64,000 nt of DNA from Myxococcota bacterium (GTDB lineage Bacteria; Myxococcota_A; Polyangia; Polyangiales; Polyangiaceae), in assembly GCA_048498935.1 (NCBI GenBank), contig JBEHXA010000001.1, positions 688 through 64,687 on the forward strand. The letters are read 5' to 3'. The notes beneath the pieces are model-generated. The model was given only the letters and a program-made list of their open reading frames with translations, searched no databases and was not told where the DNA came from. The stretch's first letter is position 1; each line of letters opens with the position of its first letter. Made by a program: the position numbers and the translations under genes. Positions 56,094-64,000 of this stretch are shown here, piece after piece.

Positions 56094-58847
56094 ATGGCGA
56101 GAACCAGGCATGAGCAGGGCGAAGTGCGGTCGCGCGCGCGGCGCGGATTCGCGCGCAAGCTGGCGATCCACGGTGTGTGGGTCACGTTGCTGGCTTGGGC
56201 GCTGCTGGCGCTCGTCTCGGAACGCACGTCGGCGCAGGCGGCGTCGCCTACGGAGGATTGGTCGACGGGGGTGCTCAACGGCAGCTGGCCGAGCCAGTGG
56301 ACGAGCGAAGCTATTTCCGGTCCGGCGCTGACCTTTCGAACCGAAACTGCGAGTTTCAATGGCTCCGATCAGTTGGGGAGCGCGAGGGGCGGGGCGACTG
56401 ACCTGAGTGTGCAGTTCCTCAACGCGTCCAATGCTTCGACGCTCGACGCGGATCAGACAGTCAAGATCGCCGTCAGTAGCAATTCGGTGTGGGGTGGTCT
56501 CATCGCCAGGCACGGCGGCAGCCCGAGTCATTTCTACGGCTGCATGGTGGGCTACGGGCCGACCACCGATCGCCTGCGCATCTTCAAGCAAGTCGGAAGC
56601 ACACAAGCCACCTTGGCCACGGCACCGACCAACCCCGCAGCGGGCTTGGCCAACCTCACGACGACGAGCACCTGGTTCAACCTTCGCTGCAGCGTTACTC
56701 AGAACGGCGCGGGCACCGACCTGCGGGCGAAAGTTTGGGCGGTCGGCGATCCCGAGCCCGGTTGGACCCTCGAGGTGCTCGGAGACAGCGAGGCTTCGTT
56801 GCAGAGCAGCGGTCGCGTCGGCCTCGTCGCGCGTGGTGGCTCCGTATCCAGCAAGAAGGTTTACTTCGACGACTACACGGCGCCGACGTTCGAGCGCCGC
56901 TGGAGCGACCCGAATACGTGGGGCGAGGCCGGTTTGCCCAGCGCTACCAATCCAGCGCTGGTGACCGGCACCGTAATCGTTGATGGCAACGCGACGGCGC
57001 AGAGCATCGAGATCGCCGAGGGTGCCACCTTGCGCTTCGATCCACTCGCCGACACCACGCTCACATCGCTAGGCAACGTGGTCGTTCACGGCACATTGGA
57101 GATGAGGCCCGCGACCGCGGATGAAGATCACGTGCTGAGCCTCGCGGGTGCCGACGAACAGGCGTTCGTGGGTTCAGGCATGGAAGTGCTCGCCACGGAC
57201 GTTGGGCTCTGGGTGATGGGCCGCGGGCGACTCGACCTGGAGGGGGCAACCAAGACCGCGTGGGTGTGGGCGAACGGGGCGATTGCAGCCGGAGCAAGCT
57301 CGATCCCTCTCAAGACGGTTCCCGAAGGGTGGCGTGCGACCGACGAGGTCGCCATCACGCCCACCGGCTCGGTCACGAACGTCGATAACCCGACCCAGTT
57401 CGACGTGCGCACCATCGCGAGCATCGATGGTGCTGCGCTCACGCTCCAGTCGAATACGACCTTTGCTCACCCGTCGGCCGAGGTCTCGCCCGGCCGCGTC
57501 TTCACTGCGGAGGTGCTGAACCTGACGCGAAACGTGCGCATCGAGGGGCGCCCGCCGCTCGTGAAGTATCCGCGTGCCGCCGACTATGTCGCCAATCCGA
57601 ATCCCAATGGTCCCGGTCACGGTCGCTCGCACATCTTCATTCACAACGACGACGTGAACGTCGTTCACACGTTGAAGAACGTGGCCATCCGCTACATGGG
57701 GCCCCGCAAGTTTCTTCCTGCCGGGAACGAGACCGAGTCGTTCGTCGGGCGCTACGGGCTGCACTTTCACCATAGCCTGAACGAGGGGACGACCGTCGAG
57801 GGGGTGGTTGTGCGAGATACCGATGCGCACGCGTTCGTCCCGCACGTGGCCGACGGGATCACGTTTCGGGATTGCATTTCGTTCATGACTTCGGACGATG
57901 CCTATTGGTGGGACTTGCGCCATTCGGCCGGGCAGCCCGAAGAAGACTTCACGAGCAATAATGTGGTTTGGAATAACTGCGTGGCCGCGGGTGTCTTGAC
58001 CGACCCTGGCAATGGCTTCAGCCCGACGGGTTTTCTCTTGGGGCGCGGCTCGGGCAACCAAGTGACCAACTGCGTGGCGGTCGGAGTGCAGGGCGTCACA
58101 GGCTCTCCTTCGGGCTACTTTTGGCAAGAGCACGCCGGCGGCAGCGTCTGGCTCTTCGAAAACAACCTCTCACACAACAGCCGCGGCTTCGGCGCCTACG
58201 CTTGGCAAAACGACCAAGAGGAACACGTGATGGACGGCTTCGTGGCCTATCGGCACCGCCTCGGGGGCATCAATCACGGCGCGTACAACAATAGGTACCA
58301 TTGGCGGAATGCCACTTTGTTCAACAACAATGGTGTGCCTGGTACCGACCGAGACGTTGGTCAATTTCAGCTCCACAACAACAGCTCGCCCGCAGGTATG
58401 TGGCTCGCGGAGGACTTCATCGCCGACAGCGCGCAGACGTCACACCACATCGTGCGGTTCGCGTCCGTGCGAAGTGCGCCGACCTATCCGGCTCGCCTCT
58501 TGCGCTGGAAAGTGCGAGGCAACGTCGGGAGCGCGATCAAGGTCCATCACGAGTTCGACTACTTGAACCCGTCGACCCAATCGCATCCAGTGTTCGGCAT
58601 GTACGAGCTCATCGATTGGGAGGTCGGTGACGCGCCGGTGCGCGACGTGGAACCGAGCGACTTCGAAGTCGTTCACATGACTCCCTGGAGCGTGATCAGA
58701 GTCCAGCGTCGCGACGGCTCTGCCTATCAGATCCTCCCGGATGAAAGCGCCCCGTCCAGGTTCAAATGCGAATGCATCGCGCGATTCTACGGAGACGGCC
58801 CGGCACCCGCGTGTCCTAATCCGCCGGTTTGCGGAGGTGCGCCATGA
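56094..58847 (+). CDS. Secreted G8-domain / parallel beta-helix protein with N-terminal ConA-like beta-sandwich
   Basis: Signal ending SAQA; WSDPNTWG, IAEGATLRF, VVVHGTLEM, LNLTRNVRIEG, GRYGLHFHH, HAFVPH. Confidence 0.75.
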   Translation: MARTRHEQGEVRSRARRGFARKLAIHGVWVTLLAWALLALVSERTSAQAASPTEDWSTGVLNGSWPSQWTSEAISGPALTFRTETASFNGSDQLGSARGGATDLSVQFLNASNASTLDADQTVKIAVSSNSVWGGLIARHGGSPSHFYGCMVGYGPTTDRLRIFKQVGSTQATLATAPTNPAAGLANLTTTSTWFNLRCSVTQNGAGTDLRAKVWAVGDPEPGWTLEVLGDSEASLQSSGRVGLVARGGSVSSKKVYFDDYTAPTFERRWSDPNTWGEAGLPSATNPALVTGTVIVDGNATAQSIEIAEGATLRFDPLADTTLTSLGNVVVHGTLEMRPATADEDHVLSLAGADEQAFVGSGMEVLATDVGLWVMGRGRLDLEGATKTAWVWANGAIAAGASSIPLKTVPEGWRATDEVAITPTGSVTNVDNPTQFDVRTIASIDGAALTLQSNTTFAHPSAEVSPGRVFTAEVLNLTRNVRIEGRPPLVKYPRAADYVANPNPNGPGHGRSHIFIHNDDVNVVHTLKNVAIRYMGPRKFLPAGNETESFVGRYGLHFHHSLNEGTTVEGVVVRDTDAHAFVPHVADGITFRDCISFMTSDDAYWWDLRHSAGQPEEDFTSNNVVWNNCVAAGVLTDPGNGFSPTGFLLGRGSGNQVTNCVAVGVQGVTGSPSGYFWQEHAGGSVWLFENNLSHNSRGFGAYAWQNDQEEHVMDGFVAYRHRLGGINHGAYNNRYHWRNATLFNNNGVPGTDRDVGQFQLHNNSSPAGMWLAEDFIADSAQTSHHIVRFASVRSAPTYPARLLRWKVRGNVGSAIKVHHEFDYLNPSTQSHPVFGMYELIDWEVGDAPVRDVEPSDFEVVHMTPWSVIRVQRRDGSAYQILPDESAPSRFKCECIARFYGDGPAPACPNPPVCGGAP

Positions 58848-59995
58848 TGAGGCGTGATTGGTTGCGTAATAGCGGCGCGGCCGTCGTCGCGGCGCTGGGG
58901 GCGCTGGCGTGGGGTTGCGAGGGGGAGCCCGAACGCTCATCACCAAAGGTCGAGGACGCGCACCGCCCCGGGCTCTCCCACGACCTCGTGGAGGCTGCCG
59001 GGGGGGCCTCGCTCAACGAGGTTGACCTGGAGCTGATGTACAACTTGCTCGAGCGTGGCGCTCTCGCAATTTCGGTCGAGGAGCGCCTTGCGGTAGGTAG
59101 CTGCCTCGAATACCGGGCACCAACGCAGCGCAGCGCGTGGCTCGAGCAACTCGTCCAGTGCTTCGAGCTAGCTCCGTTGCCGCACACCTACGCCCGCGGC
59201 GAGCTGGCGTGGACGAGTGACGACCTCCTGTTCGAGCGCACCGGAGTGGGAGGCGTCTCCTGGTTCGGCGCCGTGCACGATTACGACTCCAAAACCGAGC
59301 GGCTTTCATTGTGGGGCATCGAGCGCACCGAGCATGGTCCGGGCCAGGTTGCGGTCGCGCGTTCACATGTTCACGACGCTGCAGTAGCGCCGTCGAACGT
59401 GGCAACGACCGCGCCGCGCCTGCTCAATACGCGGCTGGGCTACGGAAAGGGGTCCGAGCCGACGCGCACCGTCCGCGATGAGCTGTTGCGGTTGCGCGTC
59501 ACCAGCGCTGCGGTGCTCGGCCTGCTGCAGAAGGCGCCAGCGGCAGCGCGTTTCGCTGATCCGACGACCGAAAGTTGGGCGACCGCGCAAGTGGTGCGCA
59601 AGGTCGGTACGCGCTCCGTCACGTTGACGCAGCGCGTGCGGATCGCGGACGATACGCTCATCGTCTCGCAGGAGTCGGCCGCGCCCGCGTCGAGCGAGCG
59701 ATACGAAGTGCCCCTCGAAACGGTATCGTTGGTGTCGGACGTGTACGAGTCCATCCAACCGCGAGAGTGGCGCTTCCATCTTGCCGGAGGGAGCGGGCGC
59801 ACCCGCGAGGGTAGCGGGTGGCGGTTGACCCTATCGGGCGTGGACCATGAGGCGCCCTTCGAGTCGGTCGTCCCGTCGCTCCCGCTCACGTTCGCTTCCA
59901 AAGCAGAAGCTGTCGAGGCACGCGAGTGGTTCCTGGGTAAGCAGGCGCACTTCCCGTTCACCGGGCCGTTTGACCCGACCCGTCGCACGCGATAG
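58844..59995 (+). CDS. Hypothetical Tat-lipoprotein
   Basis: MMRRDWLR...ALAWGC; ATGA overlap with the G8 gene stop. Confidence 0.65.
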   Translation: MMRRDWLRNSGAAVVAALGALAWGCEGEPERSSPKVEDAHRPGLSHDLVEAAGGASLNEVDLELMYNLLERGALAISVEERLAVGSCLEYRAPTQRSAWLEQLVQCFELAPLPHTYARGELAWTSDDLLFERTGVGGVSWFGAVHDYDSKTERLSLWGIERTEHGPGQVAVARSHVHDAAVAPSNVATTAPRLLNTRLGYGKGSEPTRTVRDELLRLRVTSAAVLGLLQKAPAAARFADPTTESWATAQVVRKVGTRSVTLTQRVRIADDTLIVSQESAAPASSERYEVPLETVSLVSDVYESIQPREWRFHLAGGSGRTREGSGWRLTLSGVDHEAPFESVVPSLPLTFASKAEAVEAREWFLGKQAHFPFTGPFDPTRRTR

Positions 59996-60020
59996 CAACG
60001 CCAGTGGCAGTCGTCGCCGT

Positions 60021-61112
60021 TCAGTTACACCCGACGCGCTCTTTGCCTAGCACGACGTCGTCGATCCACCAGCTGGTGGGGGTGGGGACGTTTTGCCAGG
60101 TGACGATGCCGAGCTCGATGACCGTGAAGTTGCCGGCGAGGTCGCGGAAGGGTGGGGGGGCGCCGGCGGGCTCGGAGTAGGTGAAGTGTTCGGGCCAGGC
60201 GAGCTCGCTGCCGTCGAGCCAGGCTTTGGGGAGCGCGGCTTGGGCGGGGTCGGTGGGGTTGTTTTTGCCGTCGAAGAGCCACTCGACGCAGGTCCATTGA
60301 TCGAGCACCAGCTGCGTGTCCGAGACTTGCACGTCTTCCGGGAAGCCGGGCGGCCACGGTGGGTGCCAGATGGTCATGTACTTCTGTTGGTAACTGGCAA
60401 TCTCGTACCAATCGAGTTGGTTCTCGGGTGCGTTGTCGGGTTGGCCGGGCTTGGGGTAACGCGCGTTGAAGAAGCCGGCGTGTGCATCCGGGCGAGTTGG
60501 CGTGGTGTAGAGGCGCAAGCGACCCCACATCACGGGTCCCCAATTCGCGGGCAGCACGTACTTGAGGGTGTGCTGCGGGCCGCCCTGCAGATCTCTAGCG
60601 TGGAGGGAGTAGCCGGTACCGCCATACGGCTTGCTGTTGTCGACCAGTAGCTGACCCGTGCCGGCCGTGCGCCACGGCGTGAAGCCGGCGGGGAGCTGAC
60701 CCGAGTCGAAGTTCCAGCACAGCGTCTTGTCGTCGCCCGTGCAGCCAGTGCCGATGCTGCTCGCGCCGCCGCTGCCGCCCGCGCCACCTTGCGTGCTTCC
60801 ACCAGTGCCGGCACCGCCCGAGCCTGCCGTGGGCAACACGCTCGCGCCGCCGGTGCCACCGCTGGCGGCGGGCTGTCCGCCCGCTCCGCCCGTCGGTGCT
60901 GCGGTGCCGCCCGCGCCGCCCGTCGTCGACGAGCTGCCAGAGGTGCTCCCACCCGTGGCCGAGGAACCGGCCGTGGCGTTGCTACCGCCTGATGCTGGCT
61001 GACCAGCAGTGCCGGCGCTGCCGCCGGGCGCGTTGGGCGCTGGGCTCTCGCTGCACGCCTGAAGGATAAACACCGTCGAGAGCGCCGAGACCGTAAGCCT
61101 GCTGCGAAGCAT
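60021..61112 (-). CDS. Lipoprotein with Gly/Ser/Thr linker and C-terminal ConA/polysaccharide-lyase-like (Cip1-like) domain
   Basis: LQAC lipobox; long GG-rich linker; LCWNFDSG, WTCVEWLFDG, WWIDDVVLGKERVGC. Confidence 0.65.
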   Translation of the reverse strand: MLRSRLTVSALSTVFILQACSESPAPNAPGGSAGTAGQPASGGSNATAGSSATGGSTSGSSSTTGGAGGTAAPTGGAGGQPAASGGTGGASVLPTAGSGGAGTGGSTQGGAGGSGGASSIGTGCTGDDKTLCWNFDSGQLPAGFTPWRTAGTGQLLVDNSKPYGGTGYSLHARDLQGGPQHTLKYVLPANWGPVMWGRLRLYTTPTRPDAHAGFFNARYPKPGQPDNAPENQLDWYEIASYQQKYMTIWHPPWPPGFPEDVQVSDTQLVLDQWTCVEWLFDGKNNPTDPAQAALPKAWLDGSELAWPEHFTYSEPAGAPPPFRDLAGNFTVIELGIVTWQNVPTPTSWWIDDVVLGKERVGCN

Positions 61113-61318
61113 GTCGTGAAATACTACGCGTAGCACAGTCACTAGATGACGCGTGGCGTTTTGCTACGCACATAATAGTGCTGTATTTGTAGATTGTTAG
61201 GTGAGCCCGAGAGTCGCAGGTCCGGCTCAGTCAGAAGGAATGAGACCCGCAGGAAGGGACGCGACCCCGATTCCGTAAGCTGGACGTGAGCGAAATGGCG
61301 TTCCAAGGCCCTGGTTTG

Positions 61319-61729
61319 ATGGCTCGCACCGTCGGCATGGTCGGCGTGCTGCTCGGATTGGCTGGTTGCAGCGTTACGATGCAGAGCGCCGTGCCGAGCG
61401 GAGCCGTTGGGTCGCCCGTTTACTACGCGAGTGCGGAGTCGTCGCGTCCGGTGGAGGTCGTGCCGACTCGGCATGTCGAGAGCAAGCCGCGGCATGTAGC
61501 GCCTCCGGTGCATGGAGATGACGAGCATCAACTGCCCGCCGCTACTCCGCCCGTCGCTCGTCCGACACGCGCCGGCGACTACCGCCAAGAGCGTGTCGCT
61601 CATCAAACGTCGACCAAGCCACCGCACGTGCCGAAGTCGGGGAAGAAGCCGGCGTGGGCGTTGCCGTTCACGCCTTTGCGCTCGAACGGTCCGTCAAAGC
61701 AGCACACGGTCGCGGTCTCGAAAAAGTGA
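61319..61729 (+). CDS. Small hypothetical Pro-rich lipoprotein
   Basis: VGVLLGLAGC lipobox, low-complexity tail. Confidence 0.5.
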   Translation: MARTVGMVGVLLGLAGCSVTMQSAVPSGAVGSPVYYASAESSRPVEVVPTRHVESKPRHVAPPVHGDDEHQLPAATPPVARPTRAGDYRQERVAHQTSTKPPHVPKSGKKPAWALPFTPLRSNGPSKQHTVAVSKK

Positions 61730-61758
61730 CGCGCGCCGCAGATCGGGTCGTTTGGGCG

Positions 61759-62748
61759 TTAGTGCCCGCGCGCCTCGCGCGCTGCGGCCAAACGTGCGGT
61801 GAGGAACGCCGTGATGGGTTCGCGGAACGCGGCAACGCCGTTGGGATTCGGGTGAACGCAGTCCCCGAAATAGCCAGGGAGCGCCGCGCGATCCAGATCG
61901 AGTAGAGGCCGGTCGCCCACGGCCTTCAGCATGGCGCTGTAGTACTCGGAGTACGGCCACTCGGGTCGGTGCTTGCCGGCCTCACAAACGGGCATGTTGA
62001 TCACCGCGGTTTGTGCCCCCCGCGCCTCGGCCTCGTGCAGGAAGTCCCTCAAGGCTTGGAATTGTTCTGCCGAAGGCGTCATGGCCCGCAGGGTTTGACC
62101 TTCTGTCGGCACGGCATCTCCGTCGAGCGCTTCGCGACGCGCTTTGGGCCTGCGCGGCCCGCCCCGCCACAACGCACGTAGCTGCGTCACGAACGCGGCG
62201 TCTAGGTGATGCCCACCGAACTTGACTAGCGCCACGTTGTTCTGAATCCAGAGCGAGAGGCGGCGGTTTTCGAGATACGCTCCGCCGCCGGGGGAGTGCT
62301 CGATGAGCTGCTCCAGATGCTCGTTCCAGTGAGCGACCGACATCGGGCCGACCGTAACGACGACGAGCGAGGGCATCTGTTGGTCGAAGAGCACTCGCGT
62401 TCCCAAGAGGCGTCCGACGGACATGTTTGCCCCCGGGATAGCGGCATTGATTGTTCTCAAGCCTCGCCCGTTGAGCTGCTCCTGATCGATCCAGGTATAG
62501 CCTTGTGAGGTTCCGAAGATCACGACGTCGAGAGGCTCATGCGTTGCCGCCTGGGCGCGGTAGCGATCGACTAGTGTTTGTACCTTGGCATGGCCCCACT
62601 TGTTCGGGCGAGGCAGCAAGCGCGGGCCGACGGCGCGCAAGCCTAGCTCGGCGAGCAGCAGTACGGTGATGACGACGAGCCATGCCACCAAGCGGCGGGC
62701 ATGGCTGGGGTCGACCGTTTCAAAACTGAAAATAGATGAACGTGGCAT
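61759..62748 (-). CDS. SGNH/GDSL-like protein (DltD/AlgJ/PatB-like O-acyl transfer partner)
   Basis: N-terminal TM anchor; VVIFGTS (block I), INAAIPG, DCVHPN (DxxH); directly downstream of the MBOAT gene. Confidence 0.75.
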   Translation of the reverse strand: MPRSSIFSFETVDPSHARRLVAWLVVITVLLLAELGLRAVGPRLLPRPNKWGHAKVQTLVDRYRAQAATHEPLDVVIFGTSQGYTWIDQEQLNGRGLRTINAAIPGANMSVGRLLGTRVLFDQQMPSLVVVTVGPMSVAHWNEHLEQLIEHSPGGGAYLENRRLSLWIQNNVALVKFGGHHLDAAFVTQLRALWRGGPRRPKARREALDGDAVPTEGQTLRAMTPSAEQFQALRDFLHEAEARGAQTAVINMPVCEAGKHRPEWPYSEYYSAMLKAVGDRPLLDLDRAALPGYFGDCVHPNPNGVAAFREPITAFLTARLAAAREARGH

Positions 62749-64000
62749 TCTGCGCGCCGCCCAGGAAGAAGATGAGCACGAGGATTGCAGAGTAGGCCAG
62801 GGCACGGGCCGGAAGCGAAAGCCGCTCGATAGCATCGTGGTCCCTCAGCAAATACTGGGGAACGTCCACTAGCAAGGTCAGGGTCAGGAACAGCGCGGGT
62901 AGGGCAAGCGCAGACAACCCTTGGATGCTGAAGCCGTGGGGGAGTAGCTGCAGGTAAAGGAGGGCCTTGTCGAGATTGTCCGCTCTGAAAAAGATCCAGG
63001 CAAATACGACGAAGTGCACGGTGACGAGCATGCTGGCTCCGGTCGTCAACCAGCGAAGCGCGCCGCTTCGCTGGTGCGGCCCGCGGCGCGCTCGAAAGCT
63101 CGTCCAAGCTTTGTGAACAGCCAATGCGGCGCCGTGCAAGCCGCCCCAGACGACGAAGGTCCAGTTGGCGCCGTGCCACAGGCCGCCGAGCAACATGGTC
63201 AAGAAGAGGTTGCGGTAGGTGTCGAGCTTGCCGTGCCGGTTGCCGCCGAGCGGAATGTACAGGTAGTCGCGCAGCCAGCTGGACAGCGAAATGTGCCAGC
63301 GTCGCCAGAAATCAGTGATGTTTTGCGAGAGGTACGGCTGGTTGAAGTTCACCATCAGGTCGAACCCCAACAGACGAGCGCTGCCGCGAGCGATGTCACT
63401 GTAGCCCCCAAAATCACCGTAGATTTGCAACGCGAACATGTAGGCGGCGCGCAGTAGCTGGGGACCGGTCAGTTGCCCTGGTTCGGAGAAGGCGGCCGAA
63501 ACCTCTGCCGACACGGCATCGGCGATGCACAGCTTGCGAAATAAGCCGAGCACGATTAGGCCCAGCCCTGACGAGACCTGCGCCATATTCACGCGACGAG
63601 GATTGCGAATCACCGGCAGGATGTGTGTTGCCCGCTCGATAGGTCCCGCCACGAGTTGTGGGAAGAAAGCGACGTAAAGCGCGAACTCGCTGAGGCGTGT
63701 CGCAGGTGCCAGCGCGCCCCTATAGACGTCGACTGTGTAGGAGATCGACTGGAAGGTGTAGAACGACACGCCAACCGGGAGCACTAGATTGAGCACCGGA
63801 ACGTGGGCTTCCACACCAAGAGTGGTGAGCAGCGTGACCAGCGACTGGCTGAAGAAGCCAAAGTACTTGAAGGTTGCCAGCACCCCGAGGTTCGAGAGCA
63901 AGCTGACCATCAGCCAGCGTCGGCGCGGCTTGCTGCCGAGCGGCGACGCACCGATCCGCAACGCCACTGCGAAGTCGAGCACCGTCGTGAACATCAGCAG
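62720..64000 (-). CDS. MBOAT family O-acyltransferase (AlgI/PatA/DltB-like); 5' end lies outside the window
   Basis: LPVGVSFYTFQSISY, FFPQLVAGPIERA, QIYGDFGGYSDIA, NFNQPY, FWRRWHISLS.WLRDYLYIPLGG, GLWHGA. Confidence 0.95.
   Translation of the reverse strand: MLMFTTVLDFAVALRIGASPLGSKPRRRWLMVSLLSNLGVLATFKYFGFFSQSLVTLLTTLGVEAHVPVLNLVLPVGVSFYTFQSISYTVDVYRGALAPATRLSEFALYVAFFPQLVAGPIERATHILPVIRNPRRVNMAQVSSGLGLIVLGLFRKLCIADAVSAEVSAAFSEPGQLTGPQLLRAAYMFALQIYGDFGGYSDIARGSARLLGFDLMVNFNQPYLSQNITDFWRRWHISLSSWLRDYLYIPLGGNRHGKLDTYRNLFLTMLLGGLWHGANWTFVVWGGLHGAALAVHKAWTSFRARRGPHQRSGALRWLTTGASMLVTVHFVVFAWIFFRADNLDKALLYLQLLPHGFSIQGLSALALPALFLTLTLLVDVPQYLLRDHDAIERLSLPARALAYSAILVLIFFLGGAQNATFIYFQF

Noticed and set aside
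1-64000. rRNA, tRNA, T6SS, RT, cas or biosynthetic (PKS/NRPS) genes
   Set aside because: No diagnostic motifs seen. Short tRNAs could be missed without tRNAscan.

Overview
High-GC bacterial chromosomal window. The gene content (paired Ser/Thr kinases, DUF1592/DUF1552 genes, Cys-rich lipoproteins) points to Myxococcota, most likely Polyangiaceae; this assignment is inferred. The left third (1-23.1 kb) is housekeeping: a GGT-like gene, rpmB, N-formylglutamate amidohydrolase, trpG-trpD-trpC-xerD, a CBS/CorC protein, truB, an acyltransferase plus epimerase, two Ser/Thr kinases, a hybrid histidine kinase, gatC-gatA, and rpsB (with a t44-like leader)-tsf. From 23.2 kb the region is accessory: a vapBC module, VOC proteins, a DUF1592-DUF1552 pair, a deleted nucleotidyltransferase TA module, an orphan DUF1552 and a metallophosphoesterase. 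It then runs into a visibly more AT-rich stretch of secreted or lipoprotein genes. Four items stand out. (1) A 3519-aa lipoprotein-signal Rhs/Tc-BC-like toxin carrying an N-terminal DUF4838-like module, an SpvB/FG-GAP/YD shell and a C-terminal HExxH zincin, with a coupled 81-aa candidate immunity gene. (2) A modular lipoprotein with a ZU5 (HF-C) domain followed by an M15 peptidoglycan peptidase. (3) A non-coding array of eight 14-15-bp GGGGTCGACCCC-type palindromes at about 42-bp period. (4) A shared post-lipobox [LV]GxxxQx[LA] motif in three unrelated large lipoproteins. No rRNA, tRNA, cas, reverse transcriptase or T6SS genes were seen. All domain calls come from motif recognition by eye, not database searches.
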